Positions 17,664-26,508 of a DNA stretch of 64,000 nucleotides are shown piece after piece. The position numbers and the translations under genes are program-made. Source of the stretch: a virus (lineage: Duplodnaviria > Caudoviricetes); the IMG/VR virus record IMGVR_UViG_3300042542_006078. The stretch is one strand, 5' to 3'. Each line of letters begins with the position of its first letter. Position 1 is the first letter of the stretch. The notes beneath the pieces are model-generated. The model had not been told where the DNA came from and ran no database searches. It saw only the letters and a list, made by a program, of their open reading frames with translations.

Positions 17664-17831
17664 ATGAAAAAGAAAAAAAATAAATATAAAATGTATCCTG
17701 ACAAAACGATACCCATGCAATTCCATGATCCGGTATCACCCATGCCCATGTGTGGGGAGGGTTTTATTGGATTTAATGAATGGTTGAAAAAGCGGGATGT
17801 TAAACATCCCGCTAAGAAAAAGAGGCATTGA
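17664..17831 (+). CDS. Small basic protein (55 aa)
   Basis: Hand-translated MKKKKNKYKMYPDKTIPMQFHDPVSPMPMCGEGFIGFNEWLKKRDVKHPAKKKRH*. ATAAATA 4 nt upstream. Confidence 0.5.
   Translation: MKKKKNKYKMYPDKTIPMQFHDPVSPMPMCGEGFIGFNEWLKKRDVKHPAKKKRH
17797..17823 (-). terminator. Rho-independent terminator between convergent operons
   Basis: Perfect inverted repeat agcgggatgt-taa-acatcccgct followed by a T run on the minus strand. Confidence 0.7.
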
Positions 17832-17867
17832 GGTAGGATTTAATTACATCGGTCGATGTAAATTAAA

Positions 17868-18170
17868 TTAATTTTCAACATGAAATTTTCTGTTAGCATA
17901 TTCTTGTGCTTTTTCAATTTTACCTTCGTCCATAAATCGATTGAATTTTTTGCGCCGAATTAGTTCAATGATTGCTTCAATTTGGGCAAGAGAGGCTGGT
18001 TTGGGGAAATACACTTGTTCTTCGTCATTTTTCTTGGCGATGAAGCAGATTACTTGATCGATATCTGCGTCAATTATTTTAACCGTTTCTTCGCCCAAAC
18101 CATAGCATTGATCAAATGCTTTGGTTTCGACAATTCTTTTTGGCTTAGTTGAATTTACTGTTTTGCTCAT
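17868..18170 (-). CDS. Hypothetical protein
   Basis: AGGAG precedes ATG 18170 (MSKTVN...). Confidence 0.6.
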   Translation of the reverse strand: MSKTVNSTKPKRIVETKAFDQCYGLGEETVKIIDADIDQVICFIAKKNDEEQVYFPKPASLAQIEAIIELIRRKKFNRFMDEGKIEKAQEYANRKFHVEN

Positions 18171-18262
18171 GTGTACAACTCCTTTGTTTGCTGCTTTCAT
18201 CGACGGATGACATATTACACACTTACTTTTTACTGAGAATTGAATCGATTGTAAAGCCAACT

Positions 18263-18865
18263 TTAAGCAAAACTATATGTCACTCTTATTGTTGCAGTCA
18301 TTTCTGGAACTCCAATGTTGGTGCAAATTTTGTGTTTTTTTGCTTCTTTTGATGTAAGAAACCAGTCTGCGTGTCCTTTTTCGTGAATGATTTTATCAAA
18401 ATAATCGGTTTGTTGGCCGCAGTTTTCAGCCAACAAACTGAATATTAGCTTGTTGAGTCTTTCTAGTTCTTTTGCATCACTCTTAACTTCTTCTATTTTT
18501 CCTCCTGTCCAAGTTGCCGCATCGTGAAGCATGAGTGTGGCGTGTTCTGCCATCCATCTGGTTTTTCCCATTCCGAAAAGTATTGCTCCAGCAGACATGG
18601 CTTTACCAGTAACAATTGTGTGGACTGGAAGAGATGCCTTTTTCAAATAGTTAATCATACTAAGGCAACCATAAACACTTCCTCCGTATGAGTCGATAAG
18701 AACAGGGATCAGTGGTTGACCAGTATGATGAGCCTTTTCCATATCTTCACGGAAAATTCTCACCCCATTGTCATCAAATGTAGTGACTACAACAATAACT
18801 GGCTGATCAATCAGTTCATTGTGTTTCGCTCGTATGACAGAATCAACCAATAACTTCTTGAACAT
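18263..18865 (-). CDS. clpP: ClpP-family serine protease
   Basis: IDSYGGSVYGCLSM, GKAMSAGAILF (Ser), LMLHD (His), DWFLTSKEAKK (Asp region). Confidence 0.9.
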   Translation of the reverse strand: MFKKLLVDSVIRAKHNELIDQPVIVVVTTFDDNGVRIFREDMEKAHHTGQPLIPVLIDSYGGSVYGCLSMINYLKKASLPVHTIVTGKAMSAGAILFGMGKTRWMAEHATLMLHDAATWTGGKIEEVKSDAKELERLNKLIFSLLAENCGQQTDYFDKIIHEKGHADWFLTSKEAKKHKICTNIGVPEMTATIRVTYSFA

Positions 18866-18889
18866 TTTGTATGTCCTTTCTTATTTTTT

Positions 18890-19123
18890 TCAGTATTTCC
18901 CTAACCGATATCGATCATAAAAAATTATTTGTTCTTTTCTGAAATGGTGTAATAGATCGATCAATCCCATTCTCTTGAAAAAATTTATTTTTTCATCTTT
19001 GTCAAAATGAATTTCATTAATTTTTTTGATTGCGTTCAAAAATTCTTTTTGATTACTTATTGTAAAATTAATGCCATCTTGTGTGATGTGAATGACACCT
19101 TTTTCATGGTAAATTCTTTGCAT
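18890..19123 (-). CDS. Hypothetical protein
   Basis: 77-aa ORF co-oriented with clpP. Confidence 0.5.
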   Translation of the reverse strand: MQRIYHEKGVIHITQDGINFTISNQKEFLNAIKKINEIHFDKDEKINFFKRMGLIDLLHHFRKEQIIFYDRYRLGKY

Positions 19124-19183
19124 GTTTACACCGAACTAGAGCTAATTTGATTGAGCTATTTAGATTTTATTTTTGAGGTAAAA

Positions 19184-19570
19184 ATGGAAAAAAATCATAA
19201 GCATATGGTTTTGAATGCGACAGTAAGAAATCCCATTGTTTCAGCCGATATGTGTGTTAAATGGCTTACGCAGCTTGTTAATATTATAGACATGCAAATT
19301 TTGATTGATCCGGTTGCGAGATATTGTGACACAGAAGGTAATGAAGGTGTTACTGGAACAGTTGTAATTGAGACAAGTCACGCCAGTATTCATGTGTGGC
19401 ATAAAGAAGAAAACCCATATATCAGAATGGATGTTTATTCTTGCAAGGATTTTTCAGCAGAAAAAATCCTTAACTTTGTAAGGGAAACCATGGACTTGGT
19501 TCATGCGGGATACTTTTTGATAGACAGGAATGATTCATTGCCAAAAATGATTGAAAATGTAATTATTTAA
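19184..19570 (+). CDS. Second SpeD-family pyruvoyl decarboxylase
   Basis: NHKHMVLNA, GVTGTVVIETSHASIHVW, RMDVYSCKDF. GAGGT precedes ATG 19184. Confidence 0.85.
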   Translation: MEKNHKHMVLNATVRNPIVSADMCVKWLTQLVNIIDMQILIDPVARYCDTEGNEGVTGTVVIETSHASIHVWHKEENPYIRMDVYSCKDFSAEKILNFVRETMDLVHAGYFLIDRNDSLPKMIENVII

Positions 19571-20435
19571 TTTTTACTTTTCTTTTATTTAGAATATTTT
19601 TTGCCATCTTAGACATGAAATGTGAATTTGGTGTTGAGATGCAAGTTGATATTTTTTCTATTGGGTCTCCAAAAGAAATAAATTTTGGAGGCGGGAATGT
19701 GAACATGGAATTGCTGAAATCTGGAGGAAGTCCATGTTCATAGTCAATGAATACTGAGTCTGTACTATCATTCATGATGGCAGAAAGTCCAAAGTTTGGA
19801 ATAATTTCTATGTCTTTTGCCGATTCTATGATCGACATAACCCAAGCAAGTCTAATTGTTTCAGACCAAACAGTTTTATTGGCCATGATTTGATTGACGA
19901 TCAATGTTTCGGCAATTCGGATTATTTTCTGAACGAACCATTCTGGGAATCCAGCCAGAACATAGACTTTTCCAAGGTTAAACCAATTGTTTTCGTATAG
20001 TTCTTTTTCCTTGTCGAATTCTTTCCAGAATTCTCCACAATTTTCAACAGCTTTGTCAAATGTAAAAAATGGGTCTTGGACATATATGAAGGCTCTAGCA
20101 TCAAGTGTTTTAATTAGTTTTTCTATTGGCTTCTTCATAACCATATGTGGTTTTATGACGCACAATGGGGTTTTCATTTTATTTGTCATTAGCAAGTGAT
20201 TGATTTGATAAATTTCGTTAAGTGGTTCAAAACCTTTTTTCTTGCCGAAATCATCGTAAATGAAACCATTTTTCAATGAATTAACATGGTTGATATAAGG
20301 GTATCTGTGGCAGCTACCCTTGCTGATACCGACAAATAGTTTGTCGGTGGCAGAATTAATGTTGAAGCTTTCAATCAATAATTCTAGTTGCCAATCGTGA
20401 TATGCTTTTAGGTTGACGCTTACGAAGTAATTCAT
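19563..20435 (-). CDS. Hypothetical protein, possibly a degenerate glycosyltransferase
   Basis: Long ORF; start moved to MNYFVSV at 20435 to avoid overlap with the upstream gene. Confidence 0.5.
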   Translation of the reverse strand: MNYFVSVNLKAYHDWQLELLIESFNINSATDKLFVGISKGSCHRYPYINHVNSLKNGFIYDDFGKKKGFEPLNEIYQINHLLMTNKMKTPLCVIKPHMVMKKPIEKLIKTLDARAFIYVQDPFFTFDKAVENCGEFWKEFDKEKELYENNWFNLGKVYVLAGFPEWFVQKIIRIAETLIVNQIMANKTVWSETIRLAWVMSIIESAKDIEIIPNFGLSAIMNDSTDSVFIDYEHGLPPDFSNSMFTFPPPKFISFGDPIEKISTCISTPNSHFMSKMAKNILNKRKVKIK

Positions 20436-20451
20436 GAGATAATGTAGTAAT

Positions 20452-20796
20452 TTATTTTGAGTCTTTTCCAAATAAGAAATGATGTTCGTATGTCCTATAG
20501 ACCTCGCTATAAGCCACTCCCCATGATGCATCGTGCGATCTTAGTTCAAATTCTTTGTCGTCTAGCGAATCATGAAGGTGATTCCAAGCTCTGGCGTGAG
20601 CCCATTCATGAATGAGGCAGTCTATTGCTGAACCTTCGTCCATTTCTTTGTTGATTCTGATGTAGAACTTCTTTTCGTCCAACATGCAGTCTCCGTCAAT
20701 TCCTACCAGTTTGACACGCCTAACAATGACTGGATATGCTGGAGGTAGATTTTCCCTGAGAACTTTGATTATTTTTCTGTAAACTTCATATCCCAT
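20452..20796 (-). CDS. Small zincin-like metallopeptidase
   Basis: DCLIHEWAHARAW (HExxH), later HDASWG. Confidence 0.65.
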   Translation of the reverse strand: MGYEVYRKIIKVLRENLPPAYPVIVRRVKLVGIDGDCMLDEKKFYIRINKEMDEGSAIDCLIHEWAHARAWNHLHDSLDDKEFELRSHDASWGVAYSEVYRTYEHHFLFGKDSK

Positions 20797-20813
20797 TCGT
20801 CCCCCTAACAGGA

Positions 20814-21407
20814 TCAGAATTTTTCTTTAGAGCCTCTTTTCACATCATGTATAATTACTGTTTTAAGATTTGGATTTTCTTCCTTAAGTTTTAATCCAAG
20901 TTTTGAAAATTCATGTACATGTTCGGGCCTGTCTTCCCATATTTCTAATACTTCATAATCAGAATTCATTAAATTTTTTATATTGTTGGATTTTATTTCA
21001 AAGGTGTTTTCTCCCTTTGTGCCCGGTTGTCCTGCAAAAAATGTGTCGTGGAAATGCATTCCTGCATTTTCCAAAATTTCCATGACACGATTTTTAAGAT
21101 GAATTGCTCTGCCTGTCATGAGGATTACTGTGGCATTAGAATCTTGTGAATCACTCTTCTGTGATTCAACAACATTGCTCACATACCAGCTTGAATCTGG
21201 ATTTTGTGGAACTAATGGAGGAGATAGTGTTTCTTTTCTTCCCCACCAACCCTTGAATGGCCAATTTTTATTGGTGATGTCATAATACATTTGTTTGCCA
21301 TTGTGTTCTTCTGGTGAATGAAACAATGTTCCATCAAAATCGTAAATGACCAGTCTTTTTTCCGCTGTTGATTCTTTCATACACAGATATTCAAGAAAGT
21401 TTTTCAT
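20814..21407 (-). CDS. HAD phosphatase of the RNA-repair (Swiss-army-knife HAD) type, tagged
   Basis: IYDFDGTLFHSP (DxD), GWW, ILMTGR, IWEDRPEHV. Start 21407 (MKNFLEYLCMKE) overlaps the stop of the upstream gene (ATGA). Confidence 0.75.
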   Translation of the reverse strand: MKNFLEYLCMKESTAEKRLVIYDFDGTLFHSPEEHNGKQMYYDITNKNWPFKGWWGRKETLSPPLVPQNPDSSWYVSNVVESQKSDSQDSNATVILMTGRAIHLKNRVMEILENAGMHFHDTFFAGQPGTKGENTFEIKSNNIKNLMNSDYEVLEIWEDRPEHVHEFSKLGLKLKEENPNLKTVIIHDVKRGSKEKF

Positions 21408-22873
21408 AAAATTCTGTCGTTCATTTCTTTCCATCTTTTGGTCATCAGTATTTTTCTCATTTCATCAGGTTCAGATCCAACAGGTTCTCTTCCAAGAAAT
21501 TGTATGAAAATTGGATTGATCTTCTTGTTGCCAAATTCATCTGTGTTGTGCGAATTTAGATCATCTTTGTTAAAATGTAAAAACTGGTCAACCTCTTTTC
21601 CATGCATATTTGCCAAATGCATCCATTCTCGGATTTTGGCTTTTGTCAAACCAGTATGGGACTGAATCATATTGTAGAATTGATTTATGTCAAACTTTGA
21701 TTTGCCCCATTGATAGAATCTGACGAGGTATGCAATGTCGCTTGCTTCCTGCTTGCTCCACCCTCCTGCTATAAGCACATCTTTAACATCAGTTGGGTTG
21801 TTGTTTCTAAGAATCCAAGCAGCAGCCATCCATCTATCACATCTCATGTCGTTAGGAACATCTTCAATATCTATATGAATATTTGGGAATACGATGTTTA
21901 ACAAACCTGTTGAGTGATATGTTTTCAAGAATTTTTTGGCATTGACATCTGGATTTTCCAGACCATTAACGAATTCATCCTTGATTTTATCAGGAGAAAT
22001 ATCTTCGTAATCATCTTCAGATCCTATGTGCTTTAAGTATTCCTCAGGTACATTTTGACCTTTGCCGAAACGGTTGAAGTGATTGACAAGACGGAATGCT
22101 GTCATTGGGTCTTCCTGCATTCTGTCCTCGAATTTGCCGCCAACTGCTTTCATTTCTCCAGATTTCAGGTGATGCGCTCCACCGAAAGGATCGATTAATT
22201 CGCTGTTTGGTCCATCATCGTTGGTTAAAGGAATGTACATTGCATTGATGGTGAAATCTCTGTTGATTGCATCTTCTTCTACACTGGATGCCAATTTAAT
22301 GTCGGATGGATCAAAATATCTGCTCTTTGGTGACTTTGTCATAGATGAAAGTCTAAAAGGTTGTCCTTTTACAACTGCGACAATTTCAAGTTCTTTGCTT
22401 TTTTTATCGGTTCTGCTCACATAGAAAATCTTTTTACCTGATACATCATTGGGTAAATCATCATATTTATTATTATCTATTTGGCCTTTTACTTCCTTGA
22501 ATCCTGAATATTTGAGTATCATCCTGATCTCACTAGCTGTTGCATCAGTTACGAGATCGTAGTTTTTGGGAGTCTTGCCAAGAAGATGGTCCCTAACTGC
22601 TCCTCCTGTCAAAAATATTGATTTTTTCTTGAGTTGCGGCTCTATTTCGCCCTTGTTTCTGTCTATTGTGGTGTATCCTAATCCAACTTTGTCAGAATCT
22701 AGAAATGCTCCTATTAAAGGAGCTAAGTTTGCATGATTGTCCTTGTCAATAATAAATGGAGTAAATTCATTACTTCCCTGTTTTTTTTGCAGCTTTATCT
22801 TAGCTGTAACTCCAACTGGGGCTTCTTCGCTTTCTTCACGAAGTTTGATATATTTTGAGAATAAGCTTTTCAT
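21404..22873 (-). CDS. CCA-adding enzyme paralogue with degenerate catalytic motifs
   Basis: FLTGGAVRDHLLG, KNYDL (DxD changed to NxD; codons aac tac gat checked), INRDFTINA (RRD to NRD), EDPMTAFR (EDxxR to EDxxT). Starts MKSLFSKYIKLREE. Confidence 0.85.
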   Translation of the reverse strand: MKSLFSKYIKLREESEEAPVGVTAKIKLQKKQGSNEFTPFIIDKDNHANLAPLIGAFLDSDKVGLGYTTIDRNKGEIEPQLKKKSIFLTGGAVRDHLLGKTPKNYDLVTDATASEIRMILKYSGFKEVKGQIDNNKYDDLPNDVSGKKIFYVSRTDKKSKELEIVAVVKGQPFRLSSMTKSPKSRYFDPSDIKLASSVEEDAINRDFTINAMYIPLTNDDGPNSELIDPFGGAHHLKSGEMKAVGGKFEDRMQEDPMTAFRLVNHFNRFGKGQNVPEEYLKHIGSEDDYEDISPDKIKDEFVNGLENPDVNAKKFLKTYHSTGLLNIVFPNIHIDIEDVPNDMRCDRWMAAAWILRNNNPTDVKDVLIAGGWSKQEASDIAYLVRFYQWGKSKFDINQFYNMIQSHTGLTKAKIREWMHLANMHGKEVDQFLHFNKDDLNSHNTDEFGNKKINPIFIQFLGREPVGSEPDEMRKILMTKRWKEMNDRIL

Positions 22874-22923
22874 ATTGATCCCTGCTTCTAAGTGTGTTTT
22901 TATTTATGGATTGAATTGCTTTT

Positions 22924-23217
22924 TTAGCTAGGAGGGCTTTGAAGTTTTAACATATATAAAATTAATGCCCCCAAAACCATAAGAGCTATTTTCCATCCAC
23001 CATCAAAAAGTTTTTCCCAAAAACCATGAATGTTTTCAACTTTTAACTTATATGATTCAAGATTTAATTTGAGATTAGAAAATTCAGTTTTAATTTGTTC
23101 TATCTCATTAAATATGTTGTCCTTTTCGTCAGCAAGAGACATGATGCGTTCATCATGTCTTGAAACCTTCTCTAAAAGAGAATCTAGGTTATCTTGTAGT
23201 TGGTTCTTTGTTGACAT
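22924..23217 (-). CDS. Coiled-coil protein with C-terminal TM helix (holin/XhlA-like architecture)
   Basis: Heptad-rich N-terminus, then WKIALMVLGALILYML. Confidence 0.55.
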   Translation of the reverse strand: MSTKNQLQDNLDSLLEKVSRHDERIMSLADEKDNIFNEIEQIKTEFSNLKLNLESYKLKVENIHGFWEKLFDGGWKIALMVLGALILYMLKLQSPPS

Positions 23218-23258
23218 ATTTTACCATTTATGCAGACCTAACTCTATATATTTAAGCA

Positions 23259-23777
23259 ATGAGAAATACAGAAAAAATAAGTGAAAACACAGAAGTCATT
23301 ATACCAGAAAAGGTTGAGGAAACAACCTATATTGAAAATGACATGATGGAAAATTTGATGCCTCCCATGAACATCAATGTTCCTCAAAATCCACCAGCAG
23401 ATAATAATCATCTTATATCAGATGAAAAGTATCTCGATGTTGTTGAAGAAATATTGACTAATATGCGTGATGATAGAAAACAAGTTAGTGAATTTATTGA
23501 TACATTTGCAGATATGGTTTTGAATGATGGTGATGCGACAACATCTTCAAAGGAAGCTCTTGTAAATTTAATTAAAACCAAAGTTGATCTTCAGGATAAG
23601 ATGTTAAAGGCAGCAGACTTGATGACCAGATTGAAATTGAAAAACGCATATGCTTATTCAGGTCCGCATTTGAACGCTTTGCAACAAAACAACATAAATA
23701 TTGGCACAGATGAGAGTAATTTTAATCGCAAGGAAATTATCAGGGCAATAAATCAGGCCAAAAAGAAAAAGGAATAA
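23259..23777 (+). CDS. Hypothetical helical protein
   Basis: 172-aa ORF, first of a tightly packed + strand operon. Confidence 0.65.
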   Translation: MRNTEKISENTEVIIPEKVEETTYIENDMMENLMPPMNINVPQNPPADNNHLISDEKYLDVVEEILTNMRDDRKQVSEFIDTFADMVLNDGDATTSSKEALVNLIKTKVDLQDKMLKAADLMTRLKLKNAYAYSGPHLNALQQNNINIGTDESNFNRKEIIRAINQAKKKKE

Positions 23778-23779
23778 AA

Positions 23780-25117
23780 ATGAGCAGACACGCATTGGAT
23801 TCATGGCTTACCGAAGCGTCTGGTGATGTAGCAGCACCCCAATCACCAATGGGACAACCAGATTCTCCAGTTGGTGCTGGTGGTCCTCCATCTGGCGATC
23901 CTAATGTTGCCAATCCACCTTCTGACATGGCTACTCCATCACCGGGAACACAACAGAATAGTCCAAATGCAGCATCTAAATCAGATGGCCAAGACCAATC
24001 ATCAATGCCAGATGTTGCAAATGATCCACAAGCTCCTGATATGCCGCAACAGCAGGGCAAACAGGATTTTGAAAATTGGAAGAACGAGTTCTTCAAGGCT
24101 AGTGTCCGTGGCGATGTTAACAAAATGATTGAATCAATTCAGCAAATCAGGGACACCAATCTAGAGGCTTATCCAAGAAAGTTTGTCGAAGATAACCTGC
24201 AAATTCTATTTTTGAGACAAAATGCCAATATCGACAAGGCATCTAAAACCATTAGAAACAACATTAAGCAGAACCTCGATCAAAACAATCCATCAGTAAG
24301 CATGGTAAACCACATGTTTTCTGTTCTACAAACCATGCCAGAGTTGAATAATACATTAATCAAGCTAAAGGGATTGCTTGGCATGAAAGGCGACATGCAC
24401 AGGAAATACATGGCAAGCCTTTTGGGAGCTATCCAAGTTGGCTCTGGAGGCAATAACGAGGATTTGATTTATAACGAGCGTGATTATTCAATCAGAATTT
24501 CAACAAGATTTAATGATAAGTGGGGAAAAGTTGATATCGGCAAGTGGAGTATGAGGGAAGATGATCCAGAAAGATTCCTCAGCGATTCAGAACAAAAAAG
24601 GCTTGATGAGGGAAGTCCTGAAGAAAAAGAAGTACTTAGGCACAGGATTGTAATAGAAGCCATATCAGACACATTTAAGAAAAGATCTTTTCTAATCAAT
24701 GTCGTAACCCAAGATGGAACAATCAACACTCTTGGTTGGGACTTGGGAGGAAGCATCAGGAATGCATACACATCTGGAAAACTCATTGTGAAATTAATGC
24801 AAGGAGAAAACACAGAGGCCATGATCGACACAGATGGAGCTATTGTTCCATATGTAGATGTTAAAATAATTTATGTAAAGGATGCTGCTGGCGGTGTTGA
24901 TGACGAAGGAAAGCCCGCCAAAGAAGAACATGAGTTCATGGAAAGAATTGATGGAATTTTATTCCTTACTGCTCAATACAATATATTAAAAGAGGCTGCA
25001 TCTTCATTCGGAGGCATTGTTCTCAAAGAAACTCCTTATTCTGGCAATCCTAGCGACTTGCAAGTTTTAATGAGATGTGTTCCGAGTGCGCCTGAAATTC
25101 TCTTAAGAAATTGTTGA
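23780..25117 (+). CDS. Hypothetical protein with Pro/Gln/Asp-rich N-terminus, probably virion-associated
   Basis: 445 aa; MSRHALDSWLTE followed by a low-complexity segment. Confidence 0.65.
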   Translation: MSRHALDSWLTEASGDVAAPQSPMGQPDSPVGAGGPPSGDPNVANPPSDMATPSPGTQQNSPNAASKSDGQDQSSMPDVANDPQAPDMPQQQGKQDFENWKNEFFKASVRGDVNKMIESIQQIRDTNLEAYPRKFVEDNLQILFLRQNANIDKASKTIRNNIKQNLDQNNPSVSMVNHMFSVLQTMPELNNTLIKLKGLLGMKGDMHRKYMASLLGAIQVGSGGNNEDLIYNERDYSIRISTRFNDKWGKVDIGKWSMREDDPERFLSDSEQKRLDEGSPEEKEVLRHRIVIEAISDTFKKRSFLINVVTQDGTINTLGWDLGGSIRNAYTSGKLIVKLMQGENTEAMIDTDGAIVPYVDVKIIYVKDAAGGVDDEGKPAKEEHEFMERIDGILFLTAQYNILKEAASSFGGIVLKETPYSGNPSDLQVLMRCVPSAPEILLRNC

Positions 25118-25143
25118 TTAAAATATTTATGGAAGTAGGAAAA

Positions 25144-25626
25144 ATGGAATTTTTTCTTGAATTCATCGACAGAAAACAGCGTGAGGCAAAGAAACAATTG
25201 AAACTTGTTGAGAAGGCTCTACGCAAAGCAAAACTTCATGTTTATTCTCATCTTGAAGATGAGGATGAAGATCCTTATCTTTTTGTAAAGTCAAATAACA
25301 AAAAACTGAGTTTTGAAGGTGTCCGTGTTTATCACATTGGTGACGGCATAGCATATAGAATTCAGAAGCTTGAAAGTACTGAACCATATGGAAAATCTTA
25401 TGAATTGAATGCTGAAGAAATGTTCAATGATTTCATGAGTGATGATATGGACGAGAAAGAGGCTGCTAATAAAGTTATGGAGGCCATAGGAAAAGAAATT
25501 AAGAATTTCTTTCATAAAAGTGCCAAGGCCGAAGAGGAACTCAGAACTGGTCAGAAAGATGGAGTAGGTATGATTGTGAAGACTGGAGGATCTGATTATA
25601 GCAGCACTGTGCTAAATAGATTGTAA
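25144..25626 (+). CDS. Acidic hypothetical protein
   Basis: AGGA precedes ATG 25144 (MEFFLEFIDRK). Confidence 0.65.
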   Translation: MEFFLEFIDRKQREAKKQLKLVEKALRKAKLHVYSHLEDEDEDPYLFVKSNNKKLSFEGVRVYHIGDGIAYRIQKLESTEPYGKSYELNAEEMFNDFMSDDMDEKEAANKVMEAIGKEIKNFFHKSAKAEEELRTGQKDGVGMIVKTGGSDYSSTVLNRL

Positions 25627-25634
25627 GGAGAATC

Positions 25635-25844
25635 ATGGAAGAAAAATTAAAATCTCAAAATGAATCTTACGATGTCGTTGCTCTTATTCTTTCTATATTT
25701 CTCCCTCCTTTGGGAGTTGCGATTAAAAGAGGAGTTGACATTCAACTTTTCATCAACATTATATTGACTATGTTTGGTTGGCTACCGGGTATCATTCACG
25801 CACTTTATATTATCCTGAAGGATCGTGTCAAAAATGACACTTGA
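25635..25844 (+). CDS. YqaE/Pmp3-family small membrane protein
   Basis: LILSIFLPPLGVAIKRG...LFINIILTMFGWLPGIIHALYII is the family signature; AAGGAG RBS. Confidence 0.9.
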   Translation: MEEKLKSQNESYDVVALILSIFLPPLGVAIKRGVDIQLFINIILTMFGWLPGIIHALYIILKDRVKNDT

Positions 25845-25878
25845 AAAACGAAGTGATTACTGCCGGTAGCTCCAAATT

Positions 25879-25913
25879 AAAAAGACTCACAGTTCGCTTT
25901 GGGTCTTTTTTTT
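25879..25913 (+). terminator. Rho-independent terminator
   Basis: aaaagactca-loop-tgggtctttt followed by a T run. Confidence 0.65.
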
Positions 25914-25932
25914 GTTTCTACATAGATAAATT

Positions 25933-26421
25933 ATGGCAGTTCCATTTGTAGATGCTCTTTTACCGGGAGCTAATGAAAGGCCCGTGACCAACGCAGTTGG
26001 AAGAGGAAGTCTCGTTACATTTGGCTATTCTTTTCACAAGCCCGGCCATGATCCATATCCAGTAGTCTTGATTACTGATATTTGGCCAAACTACATTCGT
26101 GGAATAAACCTGAATTATCTTACATTCCCGACAATTAAAAAAATGGTTTTCCCTTCTCCCGGTCAAACTGTATGTGACAGTCCTAATTTTACCTATCAAT
26201 TCATCAAGGGGAATGACTACATAGTTTCAGCATTCCGTCAGTATAAGCGCAATGGAATCCAGAGACTTAAAAAGTTGGATTGCGCTTTTATCGTGAAGGC
26301 TCTCGGATTATCTCGATCATTCGATCCAAATGAGATAGAAGCGATAAGAAAATCAGTCCGAGAACAGATACGCCAGCTTGTCAATCAAAAGGCAGCACCC
26401 ACAGGCGAAATGACGGCATAA
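25933..26421 (+). CDS. T4 gp2-like DNA end protector protein
   Basis: DPYPVVLITDIWPNYIRGINLNYL resembles gp2 D-x-x-P-L-V...GLNLHYL; located next to the tail module. Confidence 0.6.
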   Translation: MAVPFVDALLPGANERPVTNAVGRGSLVTFGYSFHKPGHDPYPVVLITDIWPNYIRGINLNYLTFPTIKKMVFPSPGQTVCDSPNFTYQFIKGNDYIVSAFRQYKRNGIQRLKKLDCAFIVKALGLSRSFDPNEIEAIRKSVREQIRQLVNQKAAPTGEMTA

Positions 26422-26508
26422 CAAATAATTTAATTTCTGTGTGATAAGTGTATTATCATGCCATAAATACTCATATAATTAAAGTTTAAGTTATTTTTTC
26501 AGGTATAA

